Assembly: GCA_963674735.2 (NCBI GenBank)
Contig: CAXXQS010000001.1
Location: 2,176,001 to 2,240,000 of the forward strand
Direction of reading: 5' to 3'
From: Myxococcota bacterium
GTDB taxonomy: Bacteria; Myxococcota_A; SURF-8
Length of the DNA stretch: 64,000 bases
The notes below the pieces were generated by a model. The model ran no database searches, was not told where the DNA came from, and worked only from the letters and a program-made list of their open reading frames with translations. This document shows positions 49,114-58,180 of the stretch, one piece after another. Made by a program: the position numbers and the translations under genes. How positions within the stretch are numbered: the stretch's first letter is position 1; every line of letters starts with the position of its first letter.

Positions 49114-50226
49114 GTGCCGATTATTGAACAATCTCGACAAACAAGCCAAGCTTCTAACCCGAAAGAACCGATGGCGGGTGCACCAACCGACGAACGAGTT
49201 TTATTCCAGTCGCCTCTGGCTTATCGCCAACTGAAAGTATTGAGCATCGATCGCGAAACAGCAGATGCGACCGTTTTCACATTCGAAAATTCGCCAGACC
49301 ATCCTATTGCATTCAACCCAGGACAATACCTTGTTTTGTGGCTCAATATCGAGGGCCGCGACGTATACCGTGCCTACTCGATCTGCAGCGATCCGGCCGC
49401 GCACGACACCCTTTCCATTGTGGTGAAACGCGTACCAGGCGGTCGTGCCTCCAATTATTTGCTCGATCACGTCAAATCCGGGGACATCCTCCGCAGTATC
49501 GGTGCCAGCGGCGAGTTCTATCTGATTCCCGAGGCTCATGCCAAACGCCACGTGATTCTGGTCGGCGCCGGTTCCGGCATCGCGCCTCTCTTCAGCATGG
49601 CCCAATCGTTAAGTCGCACCGAAACCCACAGCCGGATCGACCTGGTCGATGTCAATCGGCACGGCGACGACATTATCTTTCGGAAATCATTGGACACCCT
49701 TGCGCAACAAAACCCGAATTTTCGTGTCACCCATTTATTAACCCAACCTCCCACCGACTGGCATGGAGCGGTTGGACGTCTCGAAGGCGACAATCTCACC
49801 CGCTATCTTGAAATCGACAGAGAAGCGCTCTACATCCTTTGTGGACCGGATGGCATGATGAAAACCGTCATGGGCTACCTCACCTCACGCGGGGTCATCA
49901 CCAACCACATCCGCTTTGAAGCATTCCACTCGGCCGTCTACTCGGATCGTCCCGAATCACAAGGCAAAGTCCATCAAGTTCGTTTTCGCCGCAGTAACCT
50001 CACATTAAGCGTTCCCGACAACCAAAGCCTGCTCGAAGCGGGACTCGTGGCGGGACTGCCTCTGTACGCCCACTGTACTCACGGAAACTGCGGCGTCTGT
50101 CAGGTTAAAATCGTATCGGGCCAGATCGAACGCGGTGAACCGAACACCCTTTCTCATGTCGAACCCGGAAATCTGACTCTTGCATGCTGTAGTTGGCCAC
50201 GCTCGGACTGTGAAATCGATGCCTAG
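49114..50226 (+). CDS. FAD/NAD(P)H-binding oxidoreductase with C-terminal 2Fe-2S ferredoxin (PaaE/KshB-like)
   Basis: RAYSIC, GAGSGIAP, CGP and CTHGNCGVC...C. Confidence 0.88.
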   Translation: MPIIEQSRQTSQASNPKEPMAGAPTDERVLFQSPLAYRQLKVLSIDRETADATVFTFENSPDHPIAFNPGQYLVLWLNIEGRDVYRAYSICSDPAAHDTLSIVVKRVPGGRASNYLLDHVKSGDILRSIGASGEFYLIPEAHAKRHVILVGAGSGIAPLFSMAQSLSRTETHSRIDLVDVNRHGDDIIFRKSLDTLAQQNPNFRVTHLLTQPPTDWHGAVGRLEGDNLTRYLEIDREALYILCGPDGMMKTVMGYLTSRGVITNHIRFEAFHSAVYSDRPESQGKVHQVRFRRSNLTLSVPDNQSLLEAGLVAGLPLYAHCTHGNCGVCQVKIVSGQIERGEPNTLSHVEPGNLTLACCSWPRSDCEIDA

Positions 50227-50356
50227 CTCGTCACCCGATTAATTCAGGTCATGTAATTCATTTCGTTCAATATTGATTGACACGGATATCAACAAGCGCT
50301 AACATCACTCCATAAGAGACTTATGCAGACAATAACGAATGGGTGGAGGAAGGTCG

Positions 50357-51115
50357 ATGGCCTGTCAAATCGAAGCGTCGGTTGGGGAAGGCGGAGCCAA
50401 CCGCAAGAAAGATGTTCGGAACATCCAAAAAGCTTTGAACACCTTGTATCCGAAAGTGAAATTAACCCTGGACGGTCTGATCGGACCGGCCACGATCCGC
50501 AAAATCAAAGCCTTTCAGAAAACTTTCATGCGACAGCCGGATGGACGCATCGATCCGGGCGGGCGCAGTTTAGGCAAACTCAATGAGCGGCTGGATGCAA
50601 AGAAATCGACCGAACCCGCTGCCGCCTCCACAAACGTTTCTCCTAAGGCAGAAAACACAAAAACGCGAAAGATAACTTGGACCGGCGACAGCGCCCGCTG
50701 GTCGCAGGAAAAGAAATTGAAAAGTCTACGCCCCGACTTCCGGACCAAAGTTGAAAAGATGCTTGAAGAATTGGATCAGCGAGGTTTTCAACCGAAAGTG
50801 TTTTACGGTTGGCGTTCGGTGGCCGTTCAAAAGGAACTTTACGACAAGGGTCGCAGTAAAGTGACCTTCAGTTTCCATAACGCCCAGCATCCCGACGGCA
50901 CACCGTGCAGTTGCGCGGTCGATATCATCGACAAACGCTGGGCGTGGGGGGCTGCTGCGATGAAAAACGGTTTCTGGGAAGCGCTCGGCGAAGCCGCTCG
51001 CAAGCAAAACTGCGTGTGGGGCGGCGACTGGAAAAGCTTCAAAGACTGGGCGCACGTTCAATCATTCCCCAACAATCAGCTCGGTCGAATCAAACGCGAA
51101 AGCGGTCTTGCATAG
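50357..51115 (+). CDS. Peptidoglycan-binding domain + M15 family (VanY/CwlK-like) peptidase
   Basis: DGLIGPATIRKIKAFQ PG-binding motif; RS...Q..LY..GRS, SFH...AVD and WGGDW...DWAHVQ. Confidence 0.85.
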   Translation: MACQIEASVGEGGANRKKDVRNIQKALNTLYPKVKLTLDGLIGPATIRKIKAFQKTFMRQPDGRIDPGGRSLGKLNERLDAKKSTEPAAASTNVSPKAENTKTRKITWTGDSARWSQEKKLKSLRPDFRTKVEKMLEELDQRGFQPKVFYGWRSVAVQKELYDKGRSKVTFSFHNAQHPDGTPCSCAVDIIDKRWAWGAAAMKNGFWEALGEAARKQNCVWGGDWKSFKDWAHVQSFPNNQLGRIKRESGLA

Positions 51116-51158
51116 CAAGATTCACCTGGACAAAACGGATTCCCAACCTACACAAATG

Positions 51159-51190
51159 AAAAACGCCGCAGAATCAACTCTGCGGCGTTT
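51159..51190. terminator. Bidirectional terminator ending the dsr operon and the peptidase gene
   Basis: AAACGCCGCAGA-atcaac-TCTGCGGCGTTT. Confidence 0.8.
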
Positions 51191-51219
51191 CGTATTTCGG
51201 GAAAATCAGCTAGCTAGGT

Positions 51220-52374
51220 TCAGGCCGCATTTTCGCGAACGGTAACCGCGATCTTGTTGAACACCGTCAACGCCGCAATGCCCAGCGAATAGATGCCCAA
51301 GGCAATCAAAACTTCAGGCAAAGTGGGGAAATACTCGTTCACATGCCCCAGCGGACTCGGAACGAAACCGGTGATGACGAGATCGATGCCTTTGTCGATC
51401 CACAGACCGACAATGACCATTACGCAAGTCGGGAGAAGGACTTTCTCGTTATTCCGCAAACTCGGCACCAGCAAAATACCCAAAGCAACGAGTGTCAAAA
51501 CAGCGGATGTCCAGGCAAACGGCACCAACCCCGTCTGACCGTCCATACCGAAGTACAGGTAATGGAAGTGATGCATGTGCTCGGGGATATTGCTGTAGAG
51601 GCCGGTGAAAAATTCCATGGCCACGAAAAAGACGTTGGCACACATCGCGTAAGTGACGATGACCGACAGCTTTTTGATCGGCTCGGAACCCGCATCGAAT
51701 TTGGTGAAACGACGCAGGATCATCACCAAAATGATCAGCAGGGAGGGACCCGCCGCAAAGGCCGAGGCCAGGAAGCGCGGAGCCATGATGGCCGTCATCC
51801 AGAAAGAGCGCGCGCCCAGACCGGCATAAAGGAACGCCGTGACGGTGTGAATGGAAACCGCCCAGGGAATCGACAGAATGATAATCGGCTTGATCCACTT
51901 GGGAGGAGCGATCTGCTTCTTCTCGGCGGAGAAGGTCACCCGCGTAATCACCACATTCAACAGCAGATAGCCTGATAAAACCGACATATCCCAAAACATC
52001 AACGAATTCGGTGAGGGATATAGAATGACATTCTGCACACGCGAGGGACCGCCCATGTCCACGAAAATGAACAACATGCAGACCAGAACCGACGAAATCG
52101 CGACGAATTCGCCGATTACCGTGATTTTACCGAAGGTCTTGTAATTATGCAGGTAATACGGCAGAACCACCATCACAGCAGACGCCGCAACACCGACCAT
52201 GAACGTAAATTGGGCGATGTAAAACCCCCATGGTACGTCGCGAGACAGGCCGGTAACCGTCAAACCATTGAAATACTGGTAGAGGTAGGTAAAGAAACCG
52301 ATTCCGATGAAAACACTCAGAACCCCCAACCAGGTCCAATACCGTTTTCCTCCAACTAGAGCTTTTTCAAGCAT
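51220..52374 (-). CDS. dsrP: DsrP, NrfD-family membrane subunit
   Basis: GLSRDVPWGFYIAQFTFMVGVAASA, SIHTVTAF and APRFLASAF. Confidence 0.95.
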   Translation of the reverse strand: MLEKALVGGKRYWTWLGVLSVFIGIGFFTYLYQYFNGLTVTGLSRDVPWGFYIAQFTFMVGVAASAVMVVLPYYLHNYKTFGKITVIGEFVAISSVLVCMLFIFVDMGGPSRVQNVILYPSPNSLMFWDMSVLSGYLLLNVVITRVTFSAEKKQIAPPKWIKPIIILSIPWAVSIHTVTAFLYAGLGARSFWMTAIMAPRFLASAFAAGPSLLIILVMILRRFTKFDAGSEPIKKLSVIVTYAMCANVFFVAMEFFTGLYSNIPEHMHHFHYLYFGMDGQTGLVPFAWTSAVLTLVALGILLVPSLRNNEKVLLPTCVMVIVGLWIDKGIDLVITGFVPSPLGHVNEYFPTLPEVLIALGIYSLGIAALTVFNKIAVTVRENAA

Positions 52375-52381
52375 AGCGTCC

Positions 52382-53164
52382 TCATACTATGTAAAAGATG
52401 TGTGGATTCGTTCCCAGCCCAGGCTTGCGCCGGATGGTGAAGTTTTCCTGGATGAGACGACGGACCTCGGAATTCGGGTCACGCAAATCTCCGAAATACA
52501 TGGCCTTCTCCGGACAACTCTCAACGCATTTCGGTTTCTGACCGCGAGCCAAGCGTTCAGCGCAGAAATTGCATTTTTCCACAACACCTTTCGAGCGCGT
52601 CGGGAAACTGAGGTTGACATCTTCTTTCTTGAGCTTCTTGCGCGGGTCGGAGAAGTTGAAGCTACGAGATCCGTAAGGACAAGCCACGATACAATAGCGG
52701 CAACCGATGCAGCGGTGCATGTCCATCATAACGATGCCGTCTTCGCGTTTCCAGGTGGACTGTGTGGGACACACCCGGACGCAGGGCGGATTGTCGCAGT
52801 GGTTGCAGAAAACCAGCGTCGGTTTGTTCTTCAGGCTTTCCTTGAGGTATTCCGTGGATTCCTCGGCGAAGGCATTTTCGAATTTTTCCTTCCAGATCCA
52901 CTTGACCTCTTCTTGCGGGTCGTCGATCGTGGGCACGTTGTGCACTTTGTGGCAGGCATCGGCGCACACGTTGCAATCCGGCTTTTCCATGCACTTTCGC
53001 AGGTCCACCACCATGGCCCAACGACCGCCCTTCAACGCTTGCCCCAAGCTGACCGGCTCCGCCGCAGCCAGATCGTTGGTCAGAGCCTCGAAAACCGGCT
53101 TGCCACCGATTAACGCGACCGAGCAACCTGCAATCTTCAGAAATTTGCGTCTACTCGTATCCAT
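52382..53164 (-). CDS. dsrO: DsrO, Tat-exported Fe-S protein
   Basis: SRRKFLK Tat motif; CNHCDNPPCVRVCP, CIGCRYC..ACPY and KCNFC. Confidence 0.95.
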   Translation of the reverse strand: MDTSRRKFLKIAGCSVALIGGKPVFEALTNDLAAAEPVSLGQALKGGRWAMVVDLRKCMEKPDCNVCADACHKVHNVPTIDDPQEEVKWIWKEKFENAFAEESTEYLKESLKNKPTLVFCNHCDNPPCVRVCPTQSTWKREDGIVMMDMHRCIGCRYCIVACPYGSRSFNFSDPRKKLKKEDVNLSFPTRSKGVVEKCNFCAERLARGQKPKCVESCPEKAMYFGDLRDPNSEVRRLIQENFTIRRKPGLGTNPHIFYIV

Positions 53165-53544
53165 TATTTGAAGTCCTCAGGATTGATGTGACAGTCCCAG
53201 CAATACGGTTTTACACCAACGTAATTATGGCATTGGTCACAAAACTCGGCTTTGCTGGTGTGGCACTGCATGCAGGTATTGGTAAGACTTTTTTCGTATT
53301 TTTTCCCATCCGGCGCGACATGCACCCGGGAGCCTTCACGCACAACCTCATCCCGCCACGTGTTCAGCAAATCCATGTGATAGGCCTTCATGTAATCGGT
53401 GGCCATCACACAATTCCCACCACCCGGAGGCAGTTTAGGGTCTGGCGCCGTTGCTTTGCCGTTGGCAGCATTGTACCAGACAGGGAACAGGATCAGGATC
53501 AGGAAGATCACCAATCCGGTGAGGATCTTTCCCTTGTCATACAT
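53164..53544 (-). CDS. dsrJ: DsrJ trihaem cytochrome c
   Basis: Three CxxCH motifs; HMDLLNTWRDEVVR. Confidence 0.95.
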   Translation of the reverse strand: MYDKGKILTGLVIFLILILFPVWYNAANGKATAPDPKLPPGGGNCVMATDYMKAYHMDLLNTWRDEVVREGSRVHVAPDGKKYEKSLTNTCMQCHTSKAEFCDQCHNYVGVKPYCWDCHINPEDFK

Positions 53545-55201
53545 GGCTATCCTCCTCCGTTTTCTGCTCGCCGCCTTCTTCCGGCGTCTCTGCCTCGGGC
53601 TCGACGTATGTCGGCAGAGTGTTCATGCGCAGATCCATCTCACGGTTCTGGTCGTTATCATCGAAGACCAGAGCATTGGCGACCAATTCGTGAATACCGC
53701 CAACTTCCACGCCCGGCACCCAGTAATTCATCAACGACGGCAACACGGCCTTATCGATGGCGCAAACGCAGGAGAGAAAATTGACTCCGTGTTTATCATG
53801 GACAAACTTAACGGCATTGGCACGCGGCATACCGCCACGCATGCGCATTTCCATGTTTTCGTCGTTGCCGAGACCCGCACCACCACCGCAGCAGAAAGTC
53901 TGCTCGCGAATCGTATTCTCCGGCATCTCGTGGAAATTGTTCACCACGTTATTGAGAATGTAGCGCGGTTCATCCAACAAGCCCATCGCACGCGAAGGAT
54001 TGCAGGAATCGTGATAGGTTACGTTGTAGTGGTCATTACGCCGCGGATCCAGCTTCAACTTGTTATGCTTGATCAAGTCGGCAGTAAACTCGCAGATATG
54101 GACCATTTTGGTGGAAGCGGCGTTTTTGAAAACGGTTCCGGTGATCGGCGACTTCGGAACTTCCATAAAGTCCGCCGGTCCGTTCATGGTGTCCATGTAC
54201 TGGTTGACCACACGCCACATGTGACCGCACTCACCGCCCAGGATCCATTTGGAACCCAGTCGCTTGGCTTCGGCGTACATCTTGGCGTTTAGTCGCTTCA
54301 TCATATCGTGCGAAGTAAACAGACCGAAATTGCCGCCTTCGGAAGCATAGGCGCTGAAGGTGTAATCGAGGTCCAGATACTCGAACAGAAGCATGTATCC
54401 CATCAAGGTGTAGATGGCCGGATCGGCGAAAACATCACCCGAGGGAGTGATAAACAGAATCTCCGCACCTTTGCGATTGAAAGTGGGGTGAACCTGAATT
54501 CCCGTCGCGTCCTTCAACTCATCGACATTGAAATCGATGTTGTCTCGGAACGTATGCGGCAACAGACCGAGATGGTTACCGGTCCGGAAGCAGCTGGCCG
54601 CCGGATCAAGTACCCAGTTGATGTTGCAGCCAACCAAATTGAGCAACTCGCGACCGATCATCGTAATCTCGGCCGTATCGATGCCGTAAGGGCAGAACAC
54701 GGAACAACGACGACACTCGGTGCACTGGAAGAAATAGTAGAACCATTCCTTGATGACATCCGTGGTCAGCTCGCGCCCCCCGGCCCATTTTCCGAGAATT
54801 TTACCCGCCAGGGTGAAATCTTTGCGATAAATCGAGCGGATCAGTTCGGCGCGTAGAACCGGCATGTTTTTCGGATCGCCGGAACCGATGAAGAAGTGAC
54901 ATTTGTCGGCACAGGCTCCGCATCGGACGCAAACGTCCATAAAGAGCCGGAAACTGCGATACTTGTCTATCCGCTCGCGAATCCCCTCGAAAATGATTTC
55001 CTTCCAATTTTCGGGGAGCTGCCAATCATCATCGGTGGGGCTCCATTTGCGTGGATTGGGAAGATCCAGATATTTCAGATTATCCGCCGTAGCCGGGTAA
55101 CTCCAAGTACCGGGACGAAAATCGGTTTTTTTATCCATCCACCCCTGGGCGGGCGGATCGTAACTTATCTGGACAAGTTCTTCTGGCTTCGGAGGTTTCA
55201 T
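53537..55201 (-). CDS. dsrK: DsrK, HdrD-like Fe-S subunit
   Basis: CVRCGACADKC, CTECRRCSVFCP, ECGH and HDSC...CCGGG; ATG at 55201 follows GAGGAG and overlaps the dsrM stop. Confidence 0.97.
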   Translation of the reverse strand: MKPPKPEELVQISYDPPAQGWMDKKTDFRPGTWSYPATADNLKYLDLPNPRKWSPTDDDWQLPENWKEIIFEGIRERIDKYRSFRLFMDVCVRCGACADKCHFFIGSGDPKNMPVLRAELIRSIYRKDFTLAGKILGKWAGGRELTTDVIKEWFYYFFQCTECRRCSVFCPYGIDTAEITMIGRELLNLVGCNINWVLDPAASCFRTGNHLGLLPHTFRDNIDFNVDELKDATGIQVHPTFNRKGAEILFITPSGDVFADPAIYTLMGYMLLFEYLDLDYTFSAYASEGGNFGLFTSHDMMKRLNAKMYAEAKRLGSKWILGGECGHMWRVVNQYMDTMNGPADFMEVPKSPITGTVFKNAASTKMVHICEFTADLIKHNKLKLDPRRNDHYNVTYHDSCNPSRAMGLLDEPRYILNNVVNNFHEMPENTIREQTFCCGGGAGLGNDENMEMRMRGGMPRANAVKFVHDKHGVNFLSCVCAIDKAVLPSLMNYWVPGVEVGGIHELVANALVFDDNDQNREMDLRMNTLPTYVEPEAETPEEGGEQKTEEDSHV

Positions 55202-56220
55202 TCGTGCCACTCCTCATTATCTAGCGGAATCTCCGCTGCCTTCAGCAGGTCGCGGTTTTCTTCTTCCCACTCATGATAGTCGTGAGTTTTAACCGGGTGG
55301 TTCCAGGGATTGACATGACGCACAGCCCGGTTATTGTTAGATAAATTGCGCGTCGGGCTTAAGAACACGCCTCCCAAATGCATCAGTTTGCTAAATGGGA
55401 AATACATGAACAACGCACAAACAAGGAACAAGTGGATATAGAACAGTGAGCCGATTCCCTCCGGCACCGTCGGGCTGAAGGTCAGCAGGCCCATTGCCAG
55501 TTCTTTCACACCCACCAAATCCACCTTGGTGAAATAGCGCATCATAACGCCGGTGACACCGATGGCGAAAATCAGGAACAGCGGGAAATAGTCGGCTGGC
55601 AGAGAGATGTAGCGCAGTTGCGGCGACACCACCCGTCTCAGAAACAAATAGGTCACGGCCGCGAGCAGCCCCAAGTCGCTGAGGTAAAGGATGGGCACGC
55701 CGATTTGGGCGAAACTATCCAAGCTTTCAGCCAACTGGATGAAACCCGGAACCGGCTCGGCAAAAAAGCGCAGGTGGCGAACAAAAATAAGCAGGAAGGT
55801 ATAGTGGAATGCCAGTCCGGCCGCCCACAACCATTTGTTCGAGCCGTAGACCAAGCGGGTGCCGTCTTCATTGTGCAATTCCGCCTTAGTATTGCGGAAA
55901 AGCGACCGGAAGAACAGAACCTCAAGCACCATCCGTAGAAAAGCGCCCTTCCCGGAGGAAGGATTCTCAATGGTGTCGTGCTTGATCCAGTCAAGCGATT
56001 TCTGCTGTCCGCAAGTCGTCGGAATCCGGAACGGCACCGGAGACTGAGCCCATTTGACAATGCGGTACACAAACCCCACCAAAAAGACCAGTATGGCCAG
56101 ATAGGGAATGATCACGCCGAAGACCATATCCAGGCCTATAGCTCCGACCCCAAGCCACGCCAACGCGATGAGCGCCGCAATAGCCAGTAAGGAGAAAACC
56201 AGTGAACCTAGGGCATTCAT
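55198..56220 (-). CDS. dsrM: DsrM, NarI-like cytochrome b
   Basis: PVPFRIPTTCGQQKSL, FFRSLFRN and PFSKLMH...SPTRN. Confidence 0.97.
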   Translation of the reverse strand: MNALGSLVFSLLAIAALIALAWLGVGAIGLDMVFGVIIPYLAILVFLVGFVYRIVKWAQSPVPFRIPTTCGQQKSLDWIKHDTIENPSSGKGAFLRMVLEVLFFRSLFRNTKAELHNEDGTRLVYGSNKWLWAAGLAFHYTFLLIFVRHLRFFAEPVPGFIQLAESLDSFAQIGVPILYLSDLGLLAAVTYLFLRRVVSPQLRYISLPADYFPLFLIFAIGVTGVMMRYFTKVDLVGVKELAMGLLTFSPTVPEGIGSLFYIHLFLVCALFMYFPFSKLMHLGGVFLSPTRNLSNNNRAVRHVNPWNHPVKTHDYHEWEEENRDLLKAAEIPLDNEEWHE

Positions 56221-56241
56221 CTGCCGCAACCTCGCTTCGTG

Positions 56242-56787
56242 TTAATTGTTCGTATCGGTATCCGGCTCGATCAACGCCGGATCCTTGACAAGCATCGCTT
56301 CGTAGCGTTTCAATATGCGCTGATGGCGGTTTCTCAACTCCCGAGCCTTGATGTCGAGAATTTTCTCGCGGCACCCCATATAGGCATCGAAAGCCACGAG
56401 CAGCACCTGATCCAAAGCCAAATCGAAATCCATGATTTCACGTAACAAATCCGTATCGCTGTCATCCTTCAGCAATTCGTCCCGGACTGCATAGCGCAAT
56501 AGCGAGACGAACGCGACGGCCTGTCCAGCCGAGAATTCTTGAATAGCCCTTACCCGCACCAGTCCGTCGACCGCCTGCGCGTAGTAATCACCGTCTGCAT
56601 GCTGCAGCAGTCCATCAAATATAGCTTGGATACATTCTTGAATATTGTAACCGACCGGATTCGCAAAACGATCCTTTTCCCTTGCAAAAAAGCGAGCCGT
56701 CTCGGCAGGATAGGTGCCCGCAATCAACTCCGCCCAGCGCTTTAAAATTTGTTTTTTGTGTTCGGCCAGCCGATCCTCAATCGCCAT
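56242..56787 (-). CDS. dsrT: DsrT (RsbRD N-terminal domain protein)
   Basis: DRFANPVG, RVRAIQEF and AFDAYMGCREKI; directly upstream of dsrM. Confidence 0.9.
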   Translation of the reverse strand: MAIEDRLAEHKKQILKRWAELIAGTYPAETARFFAREKDRFANPVGYNIQECIQAIFDGLLQHADGDYYAQAVDGLVRVRAIQEFSAGQAVAFVSLLRYAVRDELLKDDSDTDLLREIMDFDLALDQVLLVAFDAYMGCREKILDIKARELRNRHQRILKRYEAMLVKDPALIEPDTDTNN

Positions 56788-57159
56788 CGCTACTTCTACC
56801 TCATCGGGAAATGCCGGCACACCGTGGTGGCTTCTCGTACATATTGGTCGCCACCCAAGCTAGCTGGAGCCAACTCCAAAGTCCAATAGATTACAAGAAT
56901 GACACTTATTACCGAGTATTCAGAGGAACATACATCCCGAATAAGCGCCATTGGTCCGCTCAATACAGACCGCAGCTTGTAACCCTGCATAGGATTACGC
57001 AATTATGTATATAACCGGGTTGCGAGAGACAGCACTGCAGTAAAACTGATGACACAGCACCAACGGACCCTTCTTTGTCGCACCCGAAAAGAAGAGACCC
57101 AAATCAAAATCGCAGGGCGGTCCGATCACGAGAACCGTAACCGCCCTGCATCGATCAGC

Positions 57160-57477
57160 TTAGACACAACCGGTGGGCTTGGGAAGACCCGCGAGCTTGC
57201 AGGCACCCTTCGCCGGGCCACTCGGGAACATTTCGTAGATGGTCTTCAGCTGGAAGCCGCTCTCTTTGCAGAGCTTGCGGATCATCGGCGCAACACCGAA
57301 TTTCTTATAATAATCGCGCAGATAGTTCATCAGCTTCCAGTGATCTTCGGTCAGATCGGTGATATCCTCCGTCTCGGCCAACGCAATGGCGATATCTTCG
57401 GTCCAATCGTCGGGATTGACGAGGAATCCATCTTCATCCAGCTCTACTTTGACGTTACCCTTTTCAAACATCGGCAT
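57160..57477 (-). CDS. dsrC: DsrC sulfur carrier
   Basis: DEDGFL; C-terminal GPAKGACKLAGLPKPTGCV with both conserved Cys. Confidence 0.97.
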   Translation of the reverse strand: MPMFEKGNVKVELDEDGFLVNPDDWTEDIAIALAETEDITDLTEDHWKLMNYLRDYYKKFGVAPMIRKLCKESGFQLKTIYEMFPSGPAKGACKLAGLPKPTGCV

Positions 57478-57574
57478 AGGTAATTCCTCCTAGCAAGATT
57501 GGTTGACAAGTCGCGTAGCCTTTACGTCTAACGCATCTGATCGGGATATCCCGAAAACAAACCTTATTAATCGG

Positions 57575-58129
57575 TCAGGAACGCATTTTCTTTGCAAATT
57601 CCGGGCTCGGCTTGGCTCCCATGGCCACCGCCTTATTGAAAAATTCGCGAGCATCGGAAGTGCGGTCCATCGAATCGTACACAACCGCCATGCCATAGAG
57701 AGCATTGGCGTTCTTATTCTGCTTTTCCAAAATCGCCTGAAAACGCTTCAGCGCTTCGTCGTGATTGCCTTTCATCAAATGCGCATAAGCGACATTCAAC
57801 TTCGCTTCGTTCATTTTGGGATTCAATTCCAATGCTTTTTCGTTGTAAGCGATGCTGGCATCCCAATTCTGTGCACCAAAAGCCAAGCCCCCCAGGTTCA
57901 CCATGGCTTCAACCATATTGGGGTTATGCTCAAGCGCTTTTTTGAAAGCGATTTCCGCATTCCCGCTCTGGCCTTTCTCGGCGAACGCAAAGCCGATGTT
58001 ATACCAAGCAACCGGGGATGTCTGATGAAACGAAACATACTCCAAATGGCGATCGATCAGGTCGTCCCATGTTCCCTCGGAGGGATTGAACATGGCGGCG
58101 ATTTCTTTTTTTGTAATGACAGATTCCAC
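57575..58129 (-). CDS. Tetratricopeptide repeat protein within the dsr cluster
   Basis: AWYNIG, AMVNLG, AKLNVA and ALYGMA at 34-aa spacing. Confidence 0.85.
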   Translation of the reverse strand: MESVITKKEIAAMFNPSEGTWDDLIDRHLEYVSFHQTSPVAWYNIGFAFAEKGQSGNAEIAFKKALEHNPNMVEAMVNLGGLAFGAQNWDASIAYNEKALELNPKMNEAKLNVAYAHLMKGNHDEALKRFQAILEKQNKNANALYGMAVVYDSMDRTSDAREFFNKAVAMGAKPSPEFAKKMRS

Positions 58130-58180
58130 GTTATTAATCCTTACCCTACAAACACGACATATCTTTATGGCATTATCAGC

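Noticed and set aside
50230-51190. Prophage remnant around the M15 peptidase
   Set aside because: No holin, integrase, structural genes or att-like repeats.
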